From assembly GCA_963812015.1 (NCBI GenBank), contig CAWETI010000002.1, positions 1,344,001 to 1,408,000 of the forward strand: a stretch of DNA of 64,000 nucleotides. The letters run 5' to 3'. The DNA comes from an uncultured delta proteobacterium. Lineage in GTDB: Bacteria; Desulfobacterota; Desulfobaccia; Desulfobaccales; 0-14-0-80-60-11. Shown one piece after another: positions 29,101-38,681 of the stretch (position 1 is the first letter of the stretch; each line of letters opens with the position of its first letter). A program made the translations under genes and the position numbers. The notes under the pieces were generated by a model. That model was not told where the DNA came from, searched no databases, and saw only the letters and a program-made list of their open reading frames with translations.

Positions 29101-29288
29101 CCGAATCCCGCCGGCCCCTGGGCATCTCGGTGGTGGGCGGCCTCTTGGTCTCCCAGCTCCTCACCCTCTACATCACTCCGGTCTTTTACCTCTATATGGA
29201 ATCTTTCCAGAAGAAGATGGGCAAGCTGTTTAAGCGGCGGCGCCCGGAGGGCGTGGTTGGCCAGGAAGCGGAGGGGCCCGGGGCTTAA
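26166..29288 (+). CDS. RND permease (MdtB/MdtC-like, AcrB family)
   Basis: FIRRP, GFVVDDAIVVLENI, GIVKKNAIMMIDFA, RFRPIMMTT; 1040 aa. Confidence 0.96.
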   Translation: MHFTELFIRRPIMTTLVMLSILIFGAMSYRYLPVSDLPNVDFPTILVSASLPGASPETMASAVATPLERQFSTIAGLDNLSSTNALGLSQITLQFALSRSIDAAAQDVQAAIAKAGAQLPPEMPTPPTYMKVNPADQPVLYLAVSSDTLPLSTVDEYGETLMAQRISMVDGVAQVQVFGPQKYAVRIQLDPKALASRGLGINEVGDAVKNQNVNLPTGTLYGTHKAVTVQATGQLTNAAAYRPVIVAYRNGQPVRLADLGQVLNSVETDKIASWYKNSRAIILAIQRQPGTNTIQVVDSIKKIFPTLRNQIPASVNIDTLYDRSATIRESVNDVQFTLLLALGLVILVIFLFLRNLSATVIPSLALPMSIVGTFSVMYLLNYSLDNLSLMALILAVGFVVDDAIVVLENIVRHMEMGEKPFAAALKGSREIGFTILSMTLSLAAVFIPVFFMGGILGRLLHEFAVTIVAAILMSGLVSLTLTPMLCSRFLRPPREEQHGRLYLLTERFFDGMLRLYESTLQWVLRHRRSTMAVSAVLLIITFVLFGIMGKGFLPSEDTGSVFAFTEAAEGISFEAMVREQKALAAIVAKNPYVDNWMSSVGAGGPNVAGNTGRIFIRLIPRNKRPGVDEIIQQLRVQLSTVPGIRVYPQNLPPIRIGGMLTKGLYQITLQSPDIDELYKYAPLLQDKVRTLPGLVDVNSDLQIKNPQVNVLINRDKAATLGVSAQQIEDALYYAYGSRQISTIYAPNNEYQVIMELDPRYQMDPTALQWLYVRSNSGQLVPLDALANLTQTLGPLTINHAGQLPAVTISFNLKPGTALGDAVAEVQKLARQMLPATITPNFQGAAQAFQASMQGLWLLLIMCILVIYMILGILYESFIHPVTILSGLPSAGVGALLALLLFHMDLDIYAFVGIIMLVGIVKKNAIMMIDFALEAQRTEGKSPLEAIYSGALVRFRPIMMTTMAALMGALPIALGLGAGAESRRPLGISVVGGLLVSQLLTLYITPVFYLYMESFQKKMGKLFKRRRPEGVVGQEAEGPGA

Positions 29289-29356
29289 CCGCGCCCCAAC
29301 GCTCCAATCCTCCGTGATTTGATCGTCAATTAAATGGATTGTCTGGGCCTGGACGC

Positions 29357-29385
29357 GGCAGGGGCGGTTCGAGAACCGCCCCTGC
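29357..29385. repeat. REP-like palindrome between convergent genes
   Basis: GCAGGGGCGGTTCgaGAACCGCCCCTGC; same family as 49609 and 51210. Confidence 0.7.
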
Positions 29386-29425
29386 GTCATTCTGCCCGAC
29401 GAATCGACTGCTGGCGGGATATGTG

Positions 29426-30424
29426 CTAACAAATCCGGGGCAGCATATCCCCCGAAGGTGCGTCCAGGATGCGGGCGGTGCCGATGACGGTGCGGACCTG
29501 GACCCGGCCGGGGGGCGCCTCGCTCACCCGGCCGATGACCCGGGCCGCCTCCCCGTAAGGGCTGCGCCGGATGATGAACAGGGCCTTGGCCGCGTCTTCG
29601 GGGGCCACTATGATGAGCATCTTGCCTTCGTTGGCCACCTGGAAGACGTCCAGGCCCAGGGCCTCGCAGGCCGCGGCCACGGCGGGCTGCACCGCAACCC
29701 GGGCCTCGATGATTTCCATAGAGACCTGGGATTGGCGGGCGATTTCGTTCAAAGCCGCGGCGATCCCCCCCCGGGTGGGGTCACGCATGGCGTGGATTTC
29801 GCAGCCTTCCTCCAGCAGGTTCAGGACGAGCCCGGTGAGGGGGGCGGCGTCGCTGGCGATGGTTTCGCCCTCCAGGAGCTTTTCCCGGGCCAGCATCACC
29901 GCGGTGCCGTGATCACCCACTGACCCGGTGAGGATGATCTCATCCCCGGGGAGGGCGGCGGCCCCGGAGACGCCGGGGCGCAGGACCAGCCCCACCCCGG
30001 CGGTGGTGATGAAGACCTTGTCGGCGGAGCCTTTGGGCACCACCTTGGTGTCCCCGGTGACGATGGCGACCCCGGCTTCGGCCGCGGTGGCGCGCATGGA
30101 CTCGGCAATGACCCTCAAGGTGTCGATTTCCAGGCCCTCCTCCAGGATGAAGGACGCGGATAGCACCAGGGGCCGGGCCGCGGCGGTGAGCAGATCGTTT
30201 ACCGTGCCCGCCACCGCCAGCCGGCCGATGTCGCCGCCGGGAAAAAAGAGGGGGTCCACCACGAAGGAGTCGGTGGTAAAGGCGAGCCGGTGGGAGCCCA
30301 GCAAGACCGTGGCGCTGTCGTCGCCCACTCGATTGGGGTCGCCATACCGGGCTAAAAAGACCTCGTCGATGAGCGCCGTCATCTCCCGGCCGCCGGCCCC
30401 GTGACTGAGCAAGATTCGTGACAT
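29426..30424 (-). CDS. hypE: [NiFe]-hydrogenase maturation protein HypE
   Basis: LSHGAGG, TTDSFVVDPLFFPGGDIG, MRDPTRGG, C-terminal LPRIC. Confidence 0.98.
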   Translation of the reverse strand: MSRILLSHGAGGREMTALIDEVFLARYGDPNRVGDDSATVLLGSHRLAFTTDSFVVDPLFFPGGDIGRLAVAGTVNDLLTAAARPLVLSASFILEEGLEIDTLRVIAESMRATAAEAGVAIVTGDTKVVPKGSADKVFITTAGVGLVLRPGVSGAAALPGDEIILTGSVGDHGTAVMLAREKLLEGETIASDAAPLTGLVLNLLEEGCEIHAMRDPTRGGIAAALNEIARQSQVSMEIIEARVAVQPAVAAACEALGLDVFQVANEGKMLIIVAPEDAAKALFIIRRSPYGEAARVIGRVSEAPPGRVQVRTVIGTARILDAPSGDMLPRIC

Positions 30425-30449
30425 GGTGGGTCACATCCTTTCAGGATAG

Positions 30450-30578
30450 TGGGGGAGGGCCGGGGGAAGTCAATTCCCCCGCCCTCCCCCACACCCCCTC
30501 CCAACCCCCCGAAAAGGGTTGGGGGAGGGAGTTTGAGGGAGGGGGCAGGGACTCGCGTCCCTGGCCCCCTCCCTCAAT
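30450..30578. repeat. G/C-tract double-hairpin repeat between hypD and hypE
   Basis: GGGGGAGGGC..GCCCTCCCCC, CCCAACCC..GGGTTGGG, TGAGGGAGGGGGC..GCCCCCTCCCTCA. Confidence 0.72.
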
Positions 30579-30590
30579 TTCATTCACCAT

Positions 30591-31679
30591 TCATCTTTCA
30601 TATCGGTACGCCGCGGCGCAGGCGCCTTCGGTGGAAACCATGCAGGGGCCCAGGGGTTGGGCCGGGGTGCATTTTGCCGCGAACAGGGGGCATTCCGCCG
30701 GGCGCAGGACGCCCCGGAGGACCTCGCCGCAACGGCAGGGCGACGGCGGCGGCAGGGTGAGGCCTTCCCAAACCTGGGGAAACCGGGCCCGGGCGTCGAA
30801 CCGGGCGTAGGACTCGCGAATTCTGACGCCGCTGCCGGGGATGACTCCCAGGCCCCGCCACGGGGCGTCGTCGGGCGCGAACACCTCCGCCAGTAACTCC
30901 CGGGCCCGGCGGTTGGCCGGCACCTGTACCGCCCGGGTATAGACGTTGTCCACGATGGCCTGACCTGCCTTAATTTGCCGCAGAATCGATTCGATTCCCA
31001 ACAGCATGTCCACGGGCTCAAAGCCCGTGACCGCGCAGGGAAGGCCGAATTGCGCAGGGATGAAATCGTAGGCCGCGGCCCCGATGATGGTGGTGACGTG
31101 GCCGGGGCAGAGCAGTCCGGAGACCCGCACCTCGCCGCTGGCCAGGAGCGCCTTGAGGGCGGCGGGCATGGTCTTGTGAACGCACCAGACGGAGAAATTA
31201 TCCAGGCCATAGCGGGCCGCGGTCTGGATGGCCAGGGCGGTGGCGGGCATGGTAGTTTCAAAGCCCACCCCGAAGAACACCAGGTGTTTCTCCGGCGTCT
31301 GGCGGGCCAGTTCCACCGCATCCAGAGGCGAGTAAACCACCCGCACCTCGGCCCCCTGAGCCCGCAGGCCTTCCAGGGAGATATGGGTGCCGGGCACCCG
31401 GAGCATGTCGCCGAAGGAGGCCAGGACGATATGAGGTTCCTGCCCCAGGGCCAGGAAGGCGTCCAGGTCCACCTGGTCGGTGACGCACACCGGGCAGCCG
31501 GGGCCGGAAATGAGCTGCACCTGAGGGGGCAGGAGGGATTTGAGGCCGAAGCGGGCCGCGGCCATGGTGTGGGTGCCGCAGACCTCCATGACGGTGGCGG
31601 GACCGCTATCCAGGGCCGCCAGGCGTCGGGCCAGGTCCTTTACCAGGGTCTGGTCCCGGAACTCGTCAATAAACTTCAT
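30591..31679 (-). CDS. hypD: [NiFe]-hydrogenase maturation protein HypD
   Basis: MEVCGTHT, GPGCPVC, GFETT, PGHV, GPCMVSTEGACAA; start MKFIDEF at 31679. Confidence 0.98.
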   Translation of the reverse strand: MKFIDEFRDQTLVKDLARRLAALDSGPATVMEVCGTHTMAAARFGLKSLLPPQVQLISGPGCPVCVTDQVDLDAFLALGQEPHIVLASFGDMLRVPGTHISLEGLRAQGAEVRVVYSPLDAVELARQTPEKHLVFFGVGFETTMPATALAIQTAARYGLDNFSVWCVHKTMPAALKALLASGEVRVSGLLCPGHVTTIIGAAAYDFIPAQFGLPCAVTGFEPVDMLLGIESILRQIKAGQAIVDNVYTRAVQVPANRRARELLAEVFAPDDAPWRGLGVIPGSGVRIRESYARFDARARFPQVWEGLTLPPPSPCRCGEVLRGVLRPAECPLFAAKCTPAQPLGPCMVSTEGACAAAYRYER

Positions 31680-31887
31680 CGGCCAGACTCCGGAGGAAGG
31701 TGAGGGTTTCCTCGGCATGCTCGGCATCCACCCGGGCAATGGCCAGTCCGGCGTGAATGAGCACGTAATCCCCCAGGACCGCCTCGGGGAGCAGATCGAG
31801 GCGCACCGCGCGGGTCACCCCATCCACTTCGGCCACAGCGGAGACCCCGTCGATTTCAATGAGACGCATGGGAATGGCAAGGCACAT
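31666..31887 (-). CDS. hypC: Hydrogenase assembly chaperone HypC
   Basis: MCLAIP N-terminus, GDYVLIHAGLAI. Confidence 0.97.
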   Translation of the reverse strand: MCLAIPMRLIEIDGVSAVAEVDGVTRAVRLDLLPEAVLGDYVLIHAGLAIARVDAEHAEETLTFLRSLADEVY

Positions 31888-31947
31888 AATAGAATCCTGT
31901 TTAACAGATTTATCTGGTTTTAAAAAGATAAGATCTTTTTAAAACGA

Positions 31948-32055
31948 GGGAGAAAAGGGTAAAAGGCGAAAAGGGAAAAAAGGAAAAGAAAGAGAGAATC
32001 AAACAAGGAATTATTCCTTTTCGCCGTTTCCCCTTTTTCCCTTTTTCCCCTCTTC
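31948..32055. repeat. Inverted octamer-arm element (empty) overlapping the hypF 3' end
   Basis: Left arm GGGAGAAA AGGGTAAA AGGCGAAA AGGGAAAA AAGGAAAA; right arm TTCCTTTT CGCCGTTT CCCCTTTT TCCCTTTT TCCCCTCT. Confidence 0.78.
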
Positions 32056-34347
32056 CTCCAGCCGGGCGGCGGCCACGGCCACCTGTCCCAGGGAGATGCA
32101 GCCGTCGTTGGGGGGCGTCAGTTTATGAGTGAGCACCGCAAAGCCCCGCTCCTCCAAAGTTTGTTTCAGTCGGCTGAACAGCAGGGCGTTCTGCATCACC
32201 CCACCGGATAGGGCCACCAGTTCCAGTCCGGTCCGATCACGGATCAGGTCGCAGGCGTCCGCCAGGAGCCGGACCAGGGAGTTATGGAAGCGGGCGGCGA
32301 TGGCGGCCGCGGCCACGCCGGCCAGGTGATCGGTGACCGCGCCGCCGAAAATGGTCAGGGTGTCGAGCACCAGGGCGGCCCCCCCAATTTTTATGGCGGC
32401 GGGATAGAAACCGTCTTCGTCTTCGTCGGCGACCATTTCCAGTTCCATGGCCGGCTGCCCCTCGTAGGTCCGGGTCCGGCAGACGTTAAGGGCCGCGGCC
32501 ACGGCGTCGAAGAGGCGTCCGGCGCTGGAGGTGAGGGGCGAATTCAGCCCCTGAGCCAGCTGGCGGCGCAGGATGCGTTCTTCCAAGGGGGGAAAGTGCA
32601 AACCCAGCCGCCGGGCCTGGTTGCCGAAGTCCTCGCCGTAGAGGCCGTAAAGATAGGCTGCGGCCATGCGGCCCGGATCCCGCACCGCGGCTTCTCCTCC
32701 GGGAAGGCGGACGCAGGCGAGATGGCCGGCCCGGGTAAATCCGGCCAGGTCCGCCACCAGAAGTTCACCGCCCCAGACGGTGCCGTCGGGGCCGTAACCC
32801 GTGCCGTCCAGGGCGATGCCGATAACGCGATCGGTGCGGCGGTTTTCCGCCAAACAGGCGGCGATATGGGCGTGATGGTGCTGCACCCCCATGAGGGACA
32901 CCCCGGTGAGACCATGGGCATAGCGGGTGCTCAGATACAAGGGGTGGAGATCGTGGGCGACGATGGCCGGGTCCTTGCGGCACAGGGCTTTGAAATGGGT
33001 GATGGCGTGCTGGTAATAATCCAAGGTCTCCACCCGGTCCAGGTCGCCGATGTGCTGGCTGAGCAGGGCGACGCCCTGGGCGGCCAGGCAGAAGGTGTTT
33101 TTTTGTTCGGCCCCGACGCCCAAAATAGCCTCCGACTGCAAAGGCAAATAAATGGGGGCGGGGACAAAGCCCCGGGCCCGCCGGACCGGGATCACGTCAG
33201 AGCTCTTGACGGGGCGCACCACGGAGTCGTCGCAGGGCACCTGGATATCCCGGTCATGAAGCAGAAAGGCGTCGGCCAGGCCGGTTAGTTTGCGCCGGGC
33301 CTCGTCGTTGCCGTAGGCCAGGGGCTCTTCGCTGAGGTTGCCGCTGGTCATCACCAGGGCGGCGGGGCCGTGCTCCATGAGCAAAAAGTGCAGGGGAGTG
33401 TAAGGCAACATGAGTCCCAGGTAGCGGTGGCCCGGGGCCACGTGGGCCGAAACGCCGCCCTCGGGGCGCCGGCGGGCCAGGACGATGGGCCGCTCCCGGG
33501 AGAGCAGGAGTGACCGTTCCAGGTCGCCCAGCCGGCAGAGCCGCTCGGCTTCGGCCAGGTCCCGCACCATGAGGGCAAAAGGTTTGGCCACCCGGCCTTT
33601 GCGTTCCCTCAGGGTTTGGACGGCTCCGTCATGCCGGGCGTCGGCGGCCAGGTGAAAGCCCCCCAGGCCCTTGACGGCCACGATCTTCCCATGCATAAGC
33701 AAGCGCGCCGCGGCCGGGATGGCTTCTTGGTCCAGGCGCCGGTCCCCTTCTTCGAGCCAGACCCGGGGCCCGCAGACCGGACAGGCAGTGGGCTCGGCAT
33801 GAAAGCGCCGGTCCTCGGGATTCTCATATTCCGCCCGGCATTGGGGGCACAGGTCGAAGACAGCCATGGTGGTGTGGGGGCGGTCGTAGGGGACCTTCCG
33901 GATGATGGTGAACCGGGGGCCGCAGTTGGTGCAGTTGGTGAAGGGATACCGGTAGCGGCGATTCCGGGGGTCGGCAATGTCGGCCAGGCAGTCGTCACAG
34001 GTGGCCACGTCCGCAGGGATCAGGGCCGCAGTGGCGGCCAGATGCCGGCTCTCCCGGATGGCGAACCCGGTGCTTCCCTCGGGCCGGGATTCGATACTGA
34101 CCACCGCATCGATGCGGGCCAGGGCCGGGGCCTCCTGTTGAAGCTGGCCGATAAAGGTGTCCAGGGAGGTGAGGGGGCCTTCGATCTCGATTTCCACGCA
34201 CTGGGAAGTGTTGCACACCCAACCGGCCAGACGATGCAACCGGGCCAGCCGGTAGACAAAGGGCCGAAAACCGACCCCTTGTACCACGCCGGTCACCTGC
34301 AGCCGTTTTCGGGCCAGAGTCTCTGAAATCGCCATGGGCAGCGTCAC
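32011..34347 (-). CDS. hypF: Carbamoyltransferase HypF
   Basis: GVVQGVGFRPF acylphosphatase domain, CxxC zinc fingers, KGLGGFHL, QHHHAH, LDGTGYG, PPNDG. Confidence 0.98.
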   Translation of the reverse strand: MTLPMAISETLARKRLQVTGVVQGVGFRPFVYRLARLHRLAGWVCNTSQCVEIEIEGPLTSLDTFIGQLQQEAPALARIDAVVSIESRPEGSTGFAIRESRHLAATAALIPADVATCDDCLADIADPRNRRYRYPFTNCTNCGPRFTIIRKVPYDRPHTTMAVFDLCPQCRAEYENPEDRRFHAEPTACPVCGPRVWLEEGDRRLDQEAIPAAARLLMHGKIVAVKGLGGFHLAADARHDGAVQTLRERKGRVAKPFALMVRDLAEAERLCRLGDLERSLLLSRERPIVLARRRPEGGVSAHVAPGHRYLGLMLPYTPLHFLLMEHGPAALVMTSGNLSEEPLAYGNDEARRKLTGLADAFLLHDRDIQVPCDDSVVRPVKSSDVIPVRRARGFVPAPIYLPLQSEAILGVGAEQKNTFCLAAQGVALLSQHIGDLDRVETLDYYQHAITHFKALCRKDPAIVAHDLHPLYLSTRYAHGLTGVSLMGVQHHHAHIAACLAENRRTDRVIGIALDGTGYGPDGTVWGGELLVADLAGFTRAGHLACVRLPGGEAAVRDPGRMAAAYLYGLYGEDFGNQARRLGLHFPPLEERILRRQLAQGLNSPLTSSAGRLFDAVAAALNVCRTRTYEGQPAMELEMVADEDEDGFYPAAIKIGGAALVLDTLTIFGGAVTDHLAGVAAAAIAARFHNSLVRLLADACDLIRDRTGLELVALSGGVMQNALLFSRLKQTLEERGFAVLTHKLTPPNDGCISLGQVAVAAARLEEEGKKGKRGNGEKE

Positions 34348-34521
34348 CTTCCGGCCGGGAACCTCCTGAATGCGCGGCTGATTACTGCAATATTCTTGAA
34401 GTATAGCAAATTTTTCGGGGCGCAGGCAGGATTTGCTCGCCGGGGAGGGAGGAGAAAATTCGGGAGGAGCGCTTCGGGCAAAACCGCCAGGCAGGACCGG
34501 CCGTGCAGAGGTTGGCTGAAA

Positions 34522-34863
34522 TTACGGCTGGTAGGCCCTGATCTCCAGGATGCCGTTGTTACAGGAGAACCGCAGTTGATGACGGGAATGAGGGCCCGGC
34601 AGCAGGACCTCTTTATAGTACCGCCTGCCGCCCCGGGCCGCAGAGATGGTCAACAGTTCATCCCTGAGCGTGAGCTTGACGTCCTTCTTGGTGATGCCGG
34701 GGAGCTCGGCCAGGATCAGGGTGAAACCGGCCTCCTCCAGGATGTCGATGGGGGGCTCCCTGATCTCCAGGACCGGCACTTCCAAAGGTTTCTCCCGGTT
34801 GGAGTGCTGCTGGTCAGCGAGCTCATCGAGTCCGAATGAAATGGAAAATCCCGCCCGTATCAT
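34522..34863 (-). CDS. Hsp20/alpha-crystallin-like small protein
   Basis: REPPIDILEE..AELPGI..YYKEVLLP..NNGILEI. Confidence 0.8.
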   Translation of the reverse strand: MIRAGFSISFGLDELADQQHSNREKPLEVPVLEIREPPIDILEEAGFTLILAELPGITKKDVKLTLRDELLTISAARGGRRYYKEVLLPGPHSRHQLRFSCNNGILEIRAYQP

Positions 34864-35038
34864 GAAACTCTCCCCCAAGGATCGCCGACGACGGCGAAGT
34901 CATAATTGCTTCAGGCCACGGGCCGATGGCGGTTAGTCCAGGCAACTTGAGCCTGGTTTAAATCGAGCAGAAGTAATGAATAAGAAAAAATTTTTATCAT
35001 AACTAAAGGTTGTTGCTAAAAATTGCTTAGGATAACAT

Positions 35039-35054
35039 TCAAATTCTATGCCAA
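35039..35054 (-). promoter_or_regulatory. Candidate sigma54 (-24/-12) promoter for the Hsp20-like gene
   Basis: Minus strand TTGGCATAGAATTTGA: GG-N10-GA, one mismatch to the GG-N10-GC consensus. Confidence 0.35.
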
Positions 35055-35340
35055 CCGAGGGTGCGGCTTTGGCCAGTTTTTCCGAAAGCCCGGTATAGGC
35101 CTATTTCTCAGCCCTCAGTCCCTAAATTAAGAACCATCCCCCGGGGGAGGATGGCCCACCCTGGCCGTCGGGAGAGCTGGTCGTGCGTTCAGCTTGCTGA
35201 ACAGTCAGGGGCATTGGGTTGAAAACCTGAAAAATTGCCGAAAAAATGTGCTATATTAAATACGCTCGGGGGTTGTTGCCGGGGCGGCAGTCAAGACAAG
35301 GGGCGACTTACCCGGCCCGATGCGGCGGAGGAACATTACC

Positions 35341-35784
35341 TTGGAAAAACTCAATGAAGTAGAAATAGTCTTGGTGGAAGACAACCCGTTTGATGCCGAA
35401 CTTACCCTCAGGGCCCTGAAGAAAAAGGGGTTGGCCAACAAGTTGTTGACCTTTCCGGATGGGGTGGAAGTGCTGGACTTTCTTTTCGGTACCGGGGTTT
35501 ATGCCGGGCGGAACCTGGAACCGAGTCCCAAGGTGATTTTCCTGGATTTGAAGCTCCCCCGGGTCAACGGGTTGGAAGTGCTGGCCAAGATCAAAGCCGA
35601 CGAGCGGACCAGAAGGATTCCGGTGGTCATTTTGACTTCGTCCCAGGAAGAGACGGATATCCTCAGGAGCTATAACCTGGGAGTTAACAGCTACATGGTC
35701 AAGCCGGTGGACTTTGACCATTTCTTCCAGGCAGTGGAAGATTTGGGCCTCTACTGGCTGTTGCTCAACAAGGTTCCGAGTTGA
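35341..35784 (+). CDS. Single-domain response regulator (Rcp1-like)
   Basis: [44 protein letters not shown] start after GGAGGA. Confidence 0.92.
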   Translation: MEKLNEVEIVLVEDNPFDAELTLRALKKKGLANKLLTFPDGVEVLDFLFGTGVYAGRNLEPSPKVIFLDLKLPRVNGLEVLAKIKADERTRRIPVVILTSSQEETDILRSYNLGVNSYMVKPVDFDHFFQAVEDLGLYWLLLNKVPS

Positions 35785-35840
35785 CCATCTGAGGTTCTGC
35801 AGAGAGGCGGCAGAAATCCGGATAGGAGTCGGAGCGATTC

Positions 35841-37745
35841 ATGGAACAGGCCCTACGCATATTGATTCTGGAGGATTTGCCCAGCGATGTGGAGCTGATG
35901 GTCTATGAACTACGGGAAGCGGAGATTGCCCACACTTACCGGCACGTCACCGACCGGGAGAATTTTCTTGCCGCCCTTCAAAATGATCCGCCGGACCTGA
36001 TCCTGTCGGACTTCCACCTACCGAGATTCGATGGACTGGAGGCCCTGGCTCTGGCCCAGGCCACCTGCCCGGATGTTCCCTTTATCTTTGTTTCAGGGGC
36101 CATGGGGGAAGAGGTGGCCATCGACGCGGTGAAGCGCGGGGCCACTGACTATGTGCTCAAGGACCGCCTGCCCCGCCTGGGTCCCGCGGTCCAGCGGGCC
36201 CTGCGGGAGGCCGAAGCGCGCCGGGAGCGCCGACACGCCTTGGCCGCCCTGAGGGAAAGTGAGGAAAACTATCGTCTCCTGGTCAAGAACATCCCGGCCG
36301 TGGTCTATAAAGGCTATCCGGATTGTGCGGTGGATTTTATCGATGGGAAAATTGAAGAGCTCACCGGCTACGCGAAGAGTGAGTTCGACACCCGGCACCT
36401 GAAGTGGTTTGACGTATTGATCCAAGAGGACCTGAGGAAGTTCAAAGAGGCGTTTCTCAAAGGACTGAGGGATTCAGGGTCATACCTCAGAGAATACCGG
36501 ATAAGGCGAAAAGACGGTGGGGTCATCTGGATTCAGGACCGGGGCCAGATCATCTGCAGCCCGGACGGCCGGGTGGAGTACATCAGCGGGGTGTTTTTCG
36601 ACATTACTGAGCGCCGCCACGCCGAAGAAGCCCTGCGGGCGAGCGAAGCGCGGTTCGCCTCCTTTATGCGGCACCTCCCCGGTATAGCGGTCATGCGGGA
36701 CTTTAAGGGGAATTATCTCTTTGCCAATGAAGCCTGGGAAAGGCTCCAACGCCGACCGTCTCAGGCCTTGTCGGGCAAGTCCACCGATGCCGCGCCGGCG
36801 GCCGCGCCGGCGGTCTACCCTAACGACCGGGAACTGCAGGTCATCACCCGGGGGGAGCCCGTGCAGACCATCGAGGAGATTCCCCAGGAAGACGGCATCC
36901 ACACCTGGCTGGTCAATAAATTCCCCATCCTGGACCAAGACAATCAGCCGATCCTGATGGGTGCGGTGGGCATTGACATTACCCGGCGGCGGCGGGCGGA
37001 AGAAGCCCTGCGGGAATCGGAGCAACGGCTGCGTTTCCTGACCTCACAGCTCCTGAGCGCTCAGGAACGGGAACGGAAACGGATTTCCATGGAGCTGCAC
37101 GACGAACTGGGGCAGAGCCTGGCGGTGCTGAAACTCCAAATCAGGGCTATTGAACGGGGCCTGACGGAAGATCAGCAGGATTTGAGAGAGGGATGCCGGG
37201 AATTGCTGCGCTATCTGGACGGGGTGATCGACAATATCCGCCGCCTCTCCCGGGATCTGAGCCCCGTGATCCTGGAAGATTTAGGCCTGCAATCGGCGTT
37301 GAAATACTTGATCAATGGGGTCAGTAAGCACTATACTGTCAGCCATTCCTTTGAGGTGGAAGATTTGGACCATCTGTTCACGTCTGACGCCCAGATCATT
37401 ATCTACCGGATTTTTCAGGAATGCCTGACCAACATATCGAAGCATGCCGACGCCACCGAAGTCGGTATTAGCCTGAAAGAAGATAATAGTTTGATTTCAT
37501 TGATTTTTCATGATAATGGGACAGGATTTGACCCGGGCCAGATTTCGGACCGCCGGGCCGCTGGCCGGGGATTGGGTTTGGCCGCCCTGGATGAACGGGC
37601 CCGGATGCTGGGGGGGGGCCTGGAGATCCGGAGCCAGCCGGGGTCCGGTACCCGAGTGACCGTGGTCATTCCCATTGATCAGGCGAGAAGAACCACAAGC
37701 AATCAATCCGGGAGCGGTGCTTCCCGAGGCGTCAAACCAGGTTAG
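35841..37745 (+). CDS. REC-PAS-PAS histidine kinase (HisKA_3, NarX/UhpB type)
   Basis: REC (ILED..LSDFHLP..YVLK), two PAS/PAC domains, ERKRISMELHDELGQ, QECLTNISKHA, DNGTGF, GLGL. Confidence 0.94.
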   Translation: MEQALRILILEDLPSDVELMVYELREAEIAHTYRHVTDRENFLAALQNDPPDLILSDFHLPRFDGLEALALAQATCPDVPFIFVSGAMGEEVAIDAVKRGATDYVLKDRLPRLGPAVQRALREAEARRERRHALAALRESEENYRLLVKNIPAVVYKGYPDCAVDFIDGKIEELTGYAKSEFDTRHLKWFDVLIQEDLRKFKEAFLKGLRDSGSYLREYRIRRKDGGVIWIQDRGQIICSPDGRVEYISGVFFDITERRHAEEALRASEARFASFMRHLPGIAVMRDFKGNYLFANEAWERLQRRPSQALSGKSTDAAPAAAPAVYPNDRELQVITRGEPVQTIEEIPQEDGIHTWLVNKFPILDQDNQPILMGAVGIDITRRRRAEEALRESEQRLRFLTSQLLSAQERERKRISMELHDELGQSLAVLKLQIRAIERGLTEDQQDLREGCRELLRYLDGVIDNIRRLSRDLSPVILEDLGLQSALKYLINGVSKHYTVSHSFEVEDLDHLFTSDAQIIIYRIFQECLTNISKHADATEVGISLKEDNSLISLIFHDNGTGFDPGQISDRRAAGRGLGLAALDERARMLGGGLEIRSQPGSGTRVTVVIPIDQARRTTSNQSGSGASRGVKPG

Positions 37746-37887
37746 GCAAAGAATCGGCGGGGTGGTGCAGCTGGCCTCGGGCCCTGCTGCCAGGAAGCCC
37801 TCCGGGAGGAACAAGCTTTAACATAACCGCTTGGCAGAACTGGCGGTTCCCCTTTATTCAGCCGCAGGTTAATGATGGAGGAGCGCG

Positions 37888-38559
37888 ATGGAGAGCCCTT
37901 TCAAGATTTTGTTGGCTGATGACCATGTGATGTTTCGCCGGGGCGTCAGAAGTATCATTCAGGGCATAACTGATGTGGAAGTGGTGGGGGAAGCAAGTGA
38001 CGGCCTTGAACTTTTGCGGCTCTTGCATGAGGTTACCCCCAACCTGGTGATTTTGGATATCTCCATGCCTAATCTCCGAGGCCTGGAAGCCACCCGGGAG
38101 ATCAAAATGGTCAATCCCGGGGTCAAGGTCTTGATCCTGACCATGCACAAGGATCGGGAATACCTCTATCATGCCTTAACGGCCGGCGCCGAGGGATACC
38201 TGCTCAAGGAAGATGCGGACGGGGAGTTGATTGCAGCCATAGAGACCTTGCGCAAAGGCGGCACCTTCATCTCCCCCCTGCTGTCCACCCAGATGGCGGA
38301 TATTTTTGTAGAAAAATTTCGGTCCGGAGGGGAACTGCGGGCGGCGCCGGGGGAGCCCCTCACGGTCCGGGAACGGGAAATCATCAAACTCATTGCCGAA
38401 GGGAAATCCAGCAAAGAAATCGGCGAACTCCTCTTTATCAGCAGCCGGACGGCGCAACACCACCGCGCCAACATCATGAGAAAACTGCACGTCAAGAAAA
38501 CCGCCGACCTGGTTAAATATGCCATCCAGAAGGGATACGTCATGGATTCGGCCTCCTAA
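37888..38559 (+). CDS. NarL/LuxR-family response regulator
   Basis: LADDH, ILDISMP, LTMH, YLLK; HTH LTVREREII..EGKSSKEIG..HRANIMRKL. Confidence 0.96.
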   Translation: MESPFKILLADDHVMFRRGVRSIIQGITDVEVVGEASDGLELLRLLHEVTPNLVILDISMPNLRGLEATREIKMVNPGVKVLILTMHKDREYLYHALTAGAEGYLLKEDADGELIAAIETLRKGGTFISPLLSTQMADIFVEKFRSGGELRAAPGEPLTVREREIIKLIAEGKSSKEIGELLFISSRTAQHHRANIMRKLHVKKTADLVKYAIQKGYVMDSAS

Positions 38560-38681
38560 GGGCCATCCCCTTGCCCCAGGCTTGTCCTCAACATGCTCCC
38601 TGCATTGCCCTCTCAATTGTGGCCAGTAACGCCCGCGAAATTTATGCCCCTACCATTTTTGCCGATACCGATAAAACGGTC

